Shown here: positions 20,672-33,638 of the stretch, in pieces
Layout of the letters: every line of letters starts with the position of its first letter
Numbering within the stretch: the stretch's first letter is position 1
NCBI GenBank assembly: GCA_051294375.1
Contig: CM119263.1
Span: forward strand, 765,756-829,755
Direction of reading: 5' to 3'
Length of the DNA: 64,000 bases
Origin: Paraspadella gotoi
Taxonomy: Eukaryota; Animalia; Chaetognatha
Made by a program: the position numbers and the translations under genes
Notes under the pieces: generated by a model
What the model saw: the letters and a program-made list of their open reading frames with translations, nothing else
Told to the model about the DNA's origin: nothing
Databases searched by the model: none

Positions 20672-21425
20672 TTTTTCTTTCTTTCTTTTTTTTTCTTTCT
20701 TTTTAATTCCTTCTATTTTCTTTCTCTCTCATTTCAATTTTTCATATTTTCCTCGGAATTTTTCTTTCTTTTTTATTTTTCTATTTTTTTCTCGTCGTGA
20801 AAAACTTTAAATCGTTTGCGTCTCGAGTGACGTTGATTTCCTTTCGATCTTCACAGTGAAAATTGTGAGTTTCTCAGGTCGCCGTGAATTTCTCAGCCGA
20901 TAGAAAAAGATGCTTTTTTAATCCGAATAGTTCTATTGATAAAGAACTGTATGTTATGTATGTATTTAAAAGTATAAATTTAGTACCGAAATAAATTGTA
21001 TCCACGGGGCAATTTGAGCCGGACCCCCTTTGTCTTCCGACTCATTTTATTTTAACTTACACATATGGATTTCTCTTTTAAAATTACGTATTTCCCATTA
21101 TTATTTTTTTTTTAAATACATCCATAAAAAGCGCGCAATTTAGGATTTAAGAGTGTCATTTTTTTTTTGCGCCGAACTATAATGTGTCCACACCACTGCC
21201 TCCGCCGCCACTCCCGCGCCCACCCGCCGCCACCTCCCACCACCATCCCCACCGCTACCCCCGCCGCCACTCTCGCCGCCACTCCCGCCGCCCACTCCGC
21301 CGCCACCCTGCCTCCCCCTCCTCGGCCGATTCCATAAAATCAAGGCGATAATTAACGACTTCCTCTTTTTCTTCCTTCATCTTTTCTCCATCGATTTCGA
21401 ACGACGGATTCGTCGACGGGAGGTC

Positions 21426-21456
<31 letters not shown>

Positions 21457-21505
21457 GAGAGAGAGAGGAGAGAGGAAGAGAGAGAGAGAGAGAGAAAGGA
21501 GAGAG

Positions 21506-21548
<43 letters not shown>

Positions 21549-21556
21549 ACGAAGGG

Positions 21557-21607
<51 letters not shown>

Positions 21608-24074
21608 AGACGGCAGACGCACACGTAACACGGACGCATGAACGCGGCGGTGCACACTGCACACTCTTTATTTTGTTGTTGTTTTCCATAGTCTCGTCGC
21701 TGCTTCCACTGCGTCAACTGCGTCACCAACGTTACACGTGACTCCGTCTCTTTGGCCGCGAATTTGATGGACGACGAGCGACGCTCATCTTCTTCGTCTC
21801 AATCCACTTGAAGCTTCGACTTTCCGTCTTGCGATACTTTCTCTTCTCTTCTTTCTTTTCTTTCCTTTATCTTCTCTTCTTTCCTTTCTTTTTCTTCTCT
21901 TCTCTCTTTCCTTTTCTATTTCCTTTCTCTTCTTTCCTTTCTCTTCTTTTCTTTTTTACTTCCTTCTCTTTTTTTTCTTTTTTTCTTTTCCCTTTTCTTT
22001 TTTCTATTTCCTCTATTTTCTTGTTTTCCTTAATCTTCCTTTTGTTTTGTTCGAAACAAAAAAACCAGAGGAACTCGCCCGACGGGGGGCGGAGGTGGGG
22101 GGACGATGGACAAAACGGACAAAAGGAAACGGCGATGGATGGACGAACGGACAATATGACGCAGACAATCAACGGACAAATGGATTGAGAGATAATGGGG
22201 GAGTTGTGATTGGCTGAGTGTCATTAGTCGTCTGGGTGGGACCGCTTGTTTTCAGGATCGACAGGAGAGTATCGTTGGTTTTTCGTAAACGCCCCGTTTC
22301 AGTTCATAATCCTTGAACCTTATTTTAACTTTATAGATAAGGAGGTAATTAGGCTTAAGATTGCTATATATAATTATTAGCAGCTTTTGGAATGGATGCA
22401 TGGGCTTGAAACCAGGCTTCAGGCTTTTCACATCTCAAGACCGTGTACGGCCGGTCCTCACGCTTCTTAGGGTATATACTATTGGGGATCAATCCCAGTT
22501 TATAATGGTCATGAGCTAACGGGTTACTAATAAAGTTGTCATGCTTAGATGTGGTGAAAACTCTCAACAAATATTTAGCCAAATCCTTATTAAAACCTCT
22601 AACCCTAATAATCCCTAACCTAAATCCTAAACTTAAAACTCATTCATTTCTGAATTTAAGTTTAAAACGGGGCAATTTTGGAAATATGCCGATGGTCGTT
22701 TGAATCGAGATTGGGGGTAAATCGAGATGGTCTCTACTCTGAGATGGACCTCGACTCTGAAGTACAACAAACTCACTGGCAATTGAGGAAAGAAAAAACA
22801 ACTATTTGAGGAAAGAAAACAACTATTTGAGGAAAGAAACAAACTGTTTCCCCAGAAAATCCTAGTTTAAATCCATCAATCCTTCCACAACGATTCAACT
22901 GTTCAAAATTGCGGCTGGTTTTCCCCCCCCCTTCAACTCGTAATTGCACCGTGCCCGCCATCTAGATGACCAGCGGATCAAAGACTAATTAACGTAAAGG
23001 GAACGAGAGAAAGAAAAAAAAAGAGAGAAAGAAAAAAAAAGAGAGAAAGAAAAAAAAAGAGAGAAAGAAAAAAAAAAGGGTTACGGGGATAAACAGGTTT
23101 TAGTTTCCATTAATTTTCGATGAAATGATTTTTCACTGCGCTTGTGATCCGTTTGCTTTTTCACGCTCTCAACTCGTTCGCCCTCCATGATTTTTCTCTC
23201 TCTTTCCTTAGTCTCTCCGCTCTTTACTCTCCTTCTTACTTCTTTCAAATATACATTTTTCGTATCCAAAATTAATGTCCAAATTAACGATTTATTTTAA
23301 TAATTAAACTTAATTTTTATTTTTTATATCTTGTATTAAATTATTTTTCTCTTATCGACGTTTCATTTCGGTCAACCTGAATTCTCGCTCTCACGGTCTC
23401 CTCATATCAAAAATAACAACGAGAAGAAGACGACGACTGATTATAAAACCAATTAATTAATTAATTGTTAATTATATTAATTAATTAATTAATTAAAAAT
23501 CAACAACGAAAGTAATGTCAGCAACGACGACTGAAAAGTAAATCTCATAAACGGTGAGTAAGACTCCCCGCGTTTTTCTCTGGTTTTCCGAAGGCTTTTT
23601 GTCACAGGATCTTGGGGTCAGAGGGTCACGGGGTCATTGGTCATAGGATCATGGGTCACGGGAGTTGTGACCGGTGTCGGACGTCGCGGGAAGAAAAAGA
23701 GGAAGAATAAGATGACGATGGAATGAAAAGGAAAATTCGTCTCGTCTCTGTTGGAAAGTGACACTTTTTCTTCCTCTGTGACCATATTTCTCAGAAATGA
23801 TTTGATTCTCAGAAATGAATTGAATTACGACACTGGAAGCGGTCAGTAAACCACGTACTCTGGCCATCTTCAGATTTATAGCTAAAAATATAATCTTATT
23901 TTTCCACTAAAAAGGTCATTTATTATTATTGAGGGAGAATTTGGACAATAATTTAAATAATCCATTGAATTCATATTCAATCTTCTTTCGTTAATAAATA
24001 AAAAAATGTCATTGTTCTTTTTGTTTGAGAAAATGTTCGTCGGTGGTTTCCTCGACGTATCCATGGTTTTGTTC

Positions 24075-24367
<293 letters not shown>

Positions 24368-25537
24368 TTTCTCAATCCTTATCAATGAATGTTCAGTTAA
24401 TTTGCTATTTTATCCCGATTTTTTTTCGGGTATTTTCCTTTTAGGGTTTCATTGTGAGTCGGTTACTTCGGAAATGACTTTAGTCACATTCAAAAAATAA
24501 AAAATTCAAAATTCACTCATCAAAATTTCCTCGAAGCGATTCACATCTATTTTGTTGAGTGACTCGACAAGAAAAGTGACGAACCTCAAAATGTGAAATT
24601 CGCGTTTAACGAAATTTCAGAATCACTAAAAATTTAAATTTAAATTTTGTATGGTTTACTCGGTGCACCTTCAAATATAAATATTCAATCTACAGTGAAG
24701 TTCGAGAGAGAGGAATTCTGGAATTACAAAAAATCCACTCTACTTGGAGAAGGAAAAACGTTGCTTGTATGAAGAGCTAAATTTAGTAAAGCTAAAACTG
24801 AAAAATCTTACAATACCTGTTGAAATACCTATACAGTACAATCATTTGATATGAAACCTATAAAAGTATTAACCAACCTTTCATATTGCGGTATAAGTTG
24901 TTATTATTATTTAAACCCTGCAATTTTTATTGGTACTAAAAGAGAAAACAGTCAGACGAAACATAATTCCTTTCCTAAACAAAAGTTGAAATCAAAAAAC
25001 AAAAACAAAAACTCTAAAAATATTATACCAAAAAGAGAGAAAGAATAAAAAGTTCAAAAATGAATTGATTAACTAAAAAACAGGCATAATAAAAAGAAAT
25101 AAAGAAAGAAAGAAATAAAAAAATAAAAGAAAGAAAGAAAAGAAAGAAAGAAATAAAAGAAAGAAAGAATGAAAGAAAGAAAGAAAGAAAGAAAGGTAGA
25201 TGTAAAAAAGAGAACGAAGAAATTAAAGAAAGAGATTTTTTTCTTATTTTTGTTTTTATGGTTTTTCGAATCGAGAGTCTCTCGTCGCAACCGAGCGTGA
25301 GCGAATAAATTTTCGAGATAAAGAAACCGCCCCCCCGCCCCCCTCCGTTCCTCTCCCCCCTCTCCGCCCCCTCCACTCCCATTAACCAAAACCCCCTGCT
25401 TCCCCTTCTCTCCCCTTTTTGCCTCACTTTCACTTCACTCTCTCTCTTCTTCTTTCTTTCCACTTTCACTCTTTATCACCTCCAGTCACTACTTCTACCT
25501 TTCCCAACACAAATGTTAATTCTTAGCTAATTAATTA

Positions 25538-26056
25538 ATTCATTCAATCAATCATTCATTCAGTCATTCATTCATTCCTACCTTCATTCATTTATTCATT
25601 CATTAATTTATTCCTTCATTCAGTTATTCATTCATTCATTCATTCATTCATTTATTCATTCATTCATTCATTTATTCAGTCATTTATTCATTCCTACCTT
25701 TTATCATTCATTCCTACCTTCATTTATCATGTTATTCATTTATTCCTTCATACAGTCATTCATTCATTTATTCATTCAGTCATTTATTCATTCCACCCTT
25801 CTTTTATTCATTCCTACCTTCATTTATTAAGTCATTCATTCATTCATTCATTCTTTCTTTCCTACCTTTATTCATTCATTCAATCATTCATTTATTCATT
25901 CATTCATTCATTACCTTCATTCATTCATCCATTCATTCTTTCCTTCCTTCCTTCCTTCCTTCCTTCCTTCCTTCCTTCCTTCCTTCCTTCCTTCCTTCCT
26001 TCATTCATTCATTCATTCATTCTTTTATTCATTCATTAATTCATTCATTCATTCAT
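25538..26056. repeat. (ATTC)n/(CTTC)n microsatellite block
   Basis: Direct inspection; noisy inverted copy at ~41725-42290. Confidence 0.9.
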
Positions 26057-26865
26057 TGCCCTCGAGGGTGAGGGCGGGAGGTAGGGAGGGGAAACCGCGA
26101 CGCCCGAGAAAATCCTCAAAAACTGAGGACAGCGACAAATCGGTTTTGGGCCAAAAACAAAAAAAAGGAAAAATATGTGTGACGCTGTGACAGGATTAAA
26201 ATTCCCCACCGTCTCTCTTTCTTTTTATTTTACTTTATTTTTCCTCTTTACTTTCTCTTTTTCTTTCTTCCTTTTTAACTGTCTCTTTATTTTTCTTTTT
26301 CTTTTTCTCTTTCTTTCTTCTCTCTTTTTCGCTTTTCTATCTCTTTTTCATTCATTTTCTCTTTCTTCTCTCTTTCGCTTTTTTTATCTCTTTTTCTTTC
26401 TCTTCTCTTTCCATCTAGTTCATTTTCTCTTTCTTTCTCTCTTTCGCTTTTCTATCTCTTTTTATTTCCATATTCCCCTTTCCAATTTTACAAAGGTTTT
26501 TCCCTCAACCACCCGCATTACTAAACTTCGCTCACCACATTAGGTCATCACTCAATAATGATAAATAAATATTATAATTACAGTTATCATTATTATCTTT
26601 CCATAAATTCTCCCTTTTCCTTCTTCCACCATTTTAAACCCTCCCTCGCACAAACCTTTGACCTTACCTCACCTCCAGCCTTTCCTCACCCCCCGTCAGC
26701 CATCGCTTCATCATCAAAAGCGCTAACGAAGAAAAAAAGGATGATGGGCGGATGAATGCCCTGGCGCGGAGAAACGAAAAAACCCGAAATCCAAACAAGA
26801 AACAAAATAGCAAAACGCGACGATGATGGATGGAATGAAGGAGAAAAGGAAAACGAGGGAGATGG

Positions 26866-26928
<63 letters not shown>

Positions 26929-27079
26929 GTTGAGAGTGAATTTGAATGGGTGGGATAGAATGGAGAAACAAGTGTCGCTATTTCCTCACTTTCTTTGCGT
27001 TATTTTCCTTCCGTGTTTGTTTCTCATCTTCTCTTCTTCATCTATTCCTCTTTCTCTCTCTCTTTCTTCTCCTCTCCCT

Positions 27080-27131
<52 letters not shown>

Positions 27132-27509
27132 CTTCTCTTTTCAGATATTAACTGTTTATTTCTTGTGGGAGCAAGAAAGAAAATCAGGGAAAATAAATTG
27201 CTGTGAATTCAACTCAATCAATTTTGACTATTTTTTTCTAGAATTTTTTTCCCGGTTGTTTTCGTGTTTCTTTAGAGTTGATCTACCTCTAGGGACGTTT
27301 ATGAATTACAATAATACAAAGTACACACAACGATTGCAATTGGACGCATTGTTCAAAAAAAGACTTTGCATATGCCCAGCAATGTTTTTTTTTCATTCAA
27401 CCGGCGAATTTAACACAAAACAATAAAAAAGGAAATAAATTGAAAAAAAAAACTTGTTATGCAGAAAGTCACTTCAAAGAAATGTTTTGATTAAATCGGC
27501 GAGAGAGAG

Positions 27510-27661
<152 letters not shown>

Positions 27662-28611
27662 CGAGAGAGAAGAGAGAAGAGGAGAGAGAGAGAGAGAGAG
27701 ATAGCGTGGATTTGTTTTGGTAATTAAAAATTTTTTGTGTACGCAGAAGGAAGTGTGGTGGTAGATAGGTCGTAGAAAAATTTTTTTGTTTTATCTTCGT
27801 GTGTGTGCTCGATACGAGTAAGGAGCGCATTCGTGAGCCATATGATTTTGATTTATTTTATTAGTAGATTGCGAGTTGCTATAGGACGCTCGGGTGATAG
27901 CACTGAGGATGAAGCAGCCATCGGGACGTGTTTGTAGTACATTTTTTTTTTTTTTTTTTCCGTCATGATGGCCAAAGAAGAAGTAGCAAATCTTAACATG
28001 GGACATGATATAACGAGCTGTGAAGATCTCAGTCAGGCGAGCATTATGCAGTTTTTTGTGTCTCTAGAGACTGATTTTTTTATTGTTTTCTTTTACACCG
28101 AGATCCGTATATAGTACACACTGCTAACTACGATAGCGGAAGCGCAGTCGTGGATCAGGTCTATTCCTCTGTTTTTGTATCAGGCATCTTGGTTTCCCGC
28201 GACGAACAGCCCGGGACGTCATAACGGGATGTGGCTTTGAGAGTGCCGTTTTTTATAGTTTTCGTATAATTGAATATTTACAGAACGGCCTACAACGCGG
28301 GTCATTGCCTTTCGAACTTCCGCGAAGGTGTTTCGTCTCTCTGTCGTGTCGATCTCAACATGCCGTTCGCGCTCTTCGCTCTTTCTCTTCTAGTCTCTCC
28401 TTCTCTCATCCCTACTATCCTATCTCCTTCTGTCTTCCATATCATTCTCTCGCTCCCGGGTTATGAGGCCATCAGGGAATAAGGTTCCAAACGAAGAGAA
28501 AAAAAAAAAAAAGAAACAAAAAAAAACAAAAAAAAAAAAAAAGAAAAAAAAAAAAAAAAAACAAAAAAAAAAAAAAAAATCCTCTGGGCGCATTCTTTTT
28601 TTTTTTTTTTT

Positions 28612-28681
<70 letters not shown>

Positions 28682-29439
28682 CCATATTTTTTATTTCAAA
28701 AAGGGTTAGTTGAATCCGGAGATGCCCGAGAGTCGGACGATATTCTAGTTTAAGTTTAACTCTTTATATTTTGTTGACACAGTTAAACTTGACTCTTTTG
28801 TTTCGACGAACTTTTTAAAGATGAGTTGGGAAAAAAATGGGAGGAGGAATTAAGGTGTGATCGAAAGTGTGAGAGCGTGAGAGTGTGAGAGTGTGAGAGT
28901 GTAAGAGTGAGAGTTAAAAATGCGATGCGGTTTCGGAAATTTTCAGGGTAAGGCGTGGGTGAGTAAGCTCGTGGATAAGTGGAGGATGCAGCGTGGTCGA
29001 TTGAGTTGGCGGTCATGGAAGAATCGTTCAGGAAAAAAAAAGAAAAAAAAGAGTAAGTGTCATGATAGCTTATTTAAATTTATTTATTAAATAACTAGTT
29101 TTAGTATTGGTTTTACAAATTTTCAAAGAACTTATTGGCGATATAGGTAAAATTATAACTATCCAGTTCCAAACAATAAAAACAACAAAAACCAAAACAA
29201 AAACAAATAAAAGACAGCAACGACGACGACGACAACAACAACCAAAACAACAACAACAACAACAACCAAACCTCTTCCTCTTTCGCACCGGAATCGATTT
29301 TTCCTCCAACTTCTCACGTAGACCATAAATTCCATCTTCTCTTCCCCCCCCCCACCTTCCACCCCCTTTCGATTCGGAGCCTCGACCTTATTTCGCTTTC
29401 TCCCGTCTTTTCTTAATATTTCTTCATCACCGGCGAGGA

Positions 29440-29650
29440 GAGGCCTGGTCTCGCCTCTCGGGTCCGTAATCAGGCGGCCGCAGCAGAGGAGCTGGTCCAT
29501 CACGCATACTCGGCGTCGTAATCCAGAGCGGCCGGCGCGGAGAGGCCTGGTCTCGCCTCTCGGGTCCGCAATCAGGCGGACCGACGCGAAGTGGGGCCCC
29601 TGGTCTGGGCTTCTGGGTCCGTAATCAGGGGCCGGCGCAGAGGGGCACCA
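29440..29650. repeat. GC-rich ~48-bp minisatellite (GGCCTGGTCTCGCCTCTCGGGTCCGTAATCAGGCGGCCGGCGCAGAGG); copies at ~53928-54150 and, inverted, ~60395-60660
   Basis: 4-5 tandem units per copy. Confidence 0.75.
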
Positions 29651-30579
29651 TGGTCATCGACACCGGCCGTATACTAGCAGGTACGTGCGACGGTGAGGAA
29701 ACACCGGTGAGGAGTCAGACGGAGCCAAGTTCCGCCTGTCGGTCTTTTTATCCAGGTTTTTTGGTCGGTCTCACTCTGCTGACTGAAACACGACTGCTAT
29801 GGTTTTGCTCCTCACGGTCTTACCATCGGACAGGCATAACGCCTTCCATGTTATCTTGCTACCAGGCCGCAACCGCTTCTGCCTGTCAGCTTTCTCACGG
29901 ACCATCTAACAATTCTTTCGATTGTTGCCTGCCGTCTTCCTCTTGTTCTTCTTGCCTGTCGGCCGATAGTCTTTTTACCGGTCCGCCTACCAGTCCGCCG
30001 GTCGGTCCGCCTGCCTGTCCGCCGCTGTCCGCCCCGTTTTCCTATCGTCCCTACCTATCCTTCTTTTCGCCGCATTCATCTTAATACTACTTCGGCAACG
30101 ACGTATTTCATATCAGCGGCCGGAAATTTCCGGCGAAGCGACGCTGACGTCGGGAATTAGGAAAACCATAACAAATTTCGAACAAGGTCTGATCAAGAGA
30201 AAGAAGAAAGAGAGGCTAGAGAGAGAGAGAGGGAGAGAGAGAGAAAGAGAGAGCGAGAGAGAGGAAAGGGAGAGAGAGGAGAGAGGAATGTTTTTTTATT
30301 TTTTTCTTTACTCTTTTACTTCGATATTATTAATATATCACATACTAATACTAACATTTTCTTCATTTTCCCTCCTTTTTCTTTCTTTCTTCTTTCCTCT
30401 TTTCTACTTTCTTTTTTTGCTCATTCTTTACATACTTTCTTTCCCATTTTTTATCTTATTTAATTTTTTTCTTTTTCTCTCCACACATACCCCACACAAA
30501 AATCTATACCTTTTCTCATTCCTTTGTATTTATCATATTATCCTTTCATATATTTTCCCTCAGCTCATTTTTCCTCCTT

Positions 30580-30905
30580 TCTTCCTCTGTCCTTCTTCTA
30601 TCTTTCCATTTTTACTCTATCCTTTTCTATCTTACTCTCTATTTTCCTCTGCCCTTTTCTATCTTCCTTCTAATTTTTCCTCTGTCCTTTTCTATCTTTT
30701 TTTATTTTTCCTCTGTCCTTTTCTATCTTCCTTCTATTTTCTCTGTCCTTTTCTACAACTTCCTTCATTTTCCTCTGTCCTTTTCTATCTTCTTTCTATC
30801 TTTCCTCTGTCCTTTTCTATCTTCCTCTTATTTTTCCCTCTGTCCTTTTCTATCTTTTTCTTTTTTCCTCTGCCTTTTCTATCTTCCTTCTATTTTCTCT
30901 GTCTC
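30580..30905. repeat. ~31-bp pyrimidine minisatellite (TTTTCCTCTGTCCTTTTCTATCTTCCTTCTA); copies at ~54995-55320 and, inverted, 59191-59510
   Basis: Direct tandem units. Confidence 0.8.
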
Positions 30906-31027
30906 TCTTCCGCGTTTGTATGATGAAGCGATTTTCGAAACGTCATCGATTTTCGCTACTAAAAATCTTCATCTTCGGTCCTCGTTTTCTTCATTAGTCT
31001 CCGGCGTTGTCGTCGTCGGTCAGTCGT

Positions 31028-31067
<40 letters not shown>

Positions 31068-31999
31068 TCGCCGTCGCCGTCGATTTGGAAGTGAATTTTT
31101 CCTTTTTTTTCAAAAATCGGCGCCCATTGAATTATTCTTGTCCCCGCGGCGCCGAAATTTCCCGGCCGAAAAGAAAGACGCGTTTCTCTCCATCAAGTTT
31201 GTCAGGCGAACGGAATGAGTTGGGGGGGAAGTTGAGTTTGGAGCGGTAATGAGCTCAGAACGTTTTAGGGAGAATAGGAGGAAGTTTGGGGAGGGAAAGA
31301 GGGTGGGGAAAGTGGTAGAGGGGGGAAAGAACGATGGGAACGGCTGGAGGATGGATGAGATCGGATGAGGATCGGAGGAGAAAGAAGGTAAGAGGATGCG
31401 ATAAAAGATGGGCATAATGTTTATGGAGGGGCTATGGGAGTGGCAAATGGCGGGGCCTGGAGAAGCATGGTAGGTATGGAGGGGCATAAGTAGAGGCTTG
31501 GAGGCATGGAGGGTATTATGCAGAAAGAGGATATGTGAGTGTGAGAATCTATGAGAATTAGTGACTCAGTGAAGCCAGAATGGTCGGTCACTCTAGCGGT
31601 GAAGTGATCGAAGGAACGATTCACTTTAAGGATTTAAATAAAAAAGCAAGAGGGACTTTAAAATCTCGGCAAGAAGCGCGAGACTCTGAAATTGTTGAAC
31701 CCATTTGACATCTGAACTCTCACCTTTCCTTTTTCCCAAATGAGAAGAGTCGTTTTAAAAACGAGGATATAATCTCGTATTATTCTCGAACGTCATCTCG
31801 GTTCGAAACGAAATTTTTCTTAAAATCCGAACACGACGCGTCGCCTATCGACCCGAGTAAAAAAATTCATCGTCTCGAAAAAGGAAAAAAAAAAGAAAAA
31901 AAGGGATAAACATGAAATGTGAAGGCTTGATAAATGGGGAGAGAGAGAGAGAGAGAGACGAGGAGAGAGAGAGAAGAGGAGAGAGAGAGAGAGAGAGAG

Positions 32000-32037
<38 letters not shown>

Positions 32038-33519
32038 ACGAACCGATGTAAGTGACGAGTCGGAATTCTTACGCAACCTTTAGGCGATCATAAAAAACAG
32101 TTCATTTCAATGAATTGGCAAAAATAACAAAAGAGTTTATAAAAAGTCACATCGATCATGTGGTGTACATGTACATTCTGAATGAATAATAGTAAAGAGC
32201 TAATGTAACAAAATATCAAGTTAACCCCGATTCAGATTGTTTTTAAAATAAAGCAGCTCAAAGCACGACTAGAATATGTCGATGCTCGAACGAGGGATCC
32301 ACGAAGTTTGGATATAAAAATAATAATAATAAAATAACAATATATAAACATTATTACAATGGTATTAATCTTTAGACTCTAACCGTCTTACGCCTCTTCT
32401 CTCGTTTTTTTAAACATTTTTCGTCTTCAAAAAAACCAAGTTCATATATCTCGACTTGAAAAATTGGAATCCAGATCGAAATCCAACTGAGAGAGAAAAT
32501 CGCGAGACAACACACAGACACAAGAAGACAAAAAGAAAGGTCGTGACAATAAATAAAAAAGTGGAGACGCCGCCATTTTGAATCTCATAAACAAACGGAG
32601 GAGAGTCGAGGTCGGCGTTAATCATTTTGAACTTCCTTAATATTTTAAAACTTAAGAAGTTTCGTTCATGAAGGAATTTTATTCTGCAAATTCGATTAAA
32701 AATTCCTTCGCTTTTTTCATCCTTTAGTAAAAAAAAAAATCATTGCAATTATTCATTGTTCACAACGCGTCTGCTGTACTTACTCACAAACAAAGCAATC
32801 ATTTCTCTCGTTGCTTGTCTCAGCTTTGTCACTGAAGACCAGAAGGATATGTCACTGCTATCATTGCGCTCTGTCCCTGCACAGCACGTCATATACCGAT
32901 TCTGTTGTCGCACTAAAAAATTTCACCGGATCATCGATTTTATTAACTTTAATGCTCACAACTCAGCAAAAAAAGAAACAAATTTAATTTTAAATTTGTA
33001 AAGTAATAACTATTAGTTTTATTACTGTTCTTTTTTATATTATTACTAATAGTATAGTATGGTAACTAAATCTGCTGCGTAAAATGATGTATACACTTCA
33101 TTGAAGAAACAAAAAAGAAAAAAAAAATCTTTTCTTCTTAAAAAAAAAAACAGTGAAAAAACTTTCTTTCAATATTCTTTCTTTTTCTCTTTCTTTTCAT
33201 TAACTTTCTCAACATTTGCTTCTTCTCCCTCCCCCCCTCCCCTGTTCCCCCTTCCAACACTTTTTATCTTTAATTTTCCTCCTTAACTATAAGCAAAAAT
33301 CTATTTCGGTAACTCACTTATCACACAATAATGGGAATAAATGGAACAAAACACTGAATCACAGAAAAACATCAACTCAACAGGATAAACAAAACTAGAA
33401 AATGAAAAAAAAGGAAATGATAAGGATAAACAGAAGGGCCCTGAACAGTGTGGAAAATGGTAGAATAGAGTAATGGTAAAGTGAGTAAATGTGTAGTAAA
33501 ATGGTAAATGGTGGTAAAA

Positions 33520-33638
33520 ATCTTGAAACAGGGATGGGCCCCTTAAGCCAGCAATCCCGGCACCTGTCAAAAGTCCGGAGTAAGATAGATTATTTATTAA
33601 ATGAATGGATAATTATTACATTGGTTGTAGTAATTTCA
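33520..33638 (+). mobile_element. Diverged family C-related fragment with a degenerate twister
   Basis: ATCTTG...GGGATGGGCCCCTTAAGCCAGC...CCTGTCAAAAGTC...TAAGAT followed by TTATTTATTAAATGAATGGATAATT...TTTCA, as in family C. Confidence 0.6.

Noticed and set aside
22400-22450. GGTTTCAAGCCC on the minus strand as a twister L4
   Set aside because: No UAA-P2 or GA-T1 partner strands found; more like a degenerate B box.
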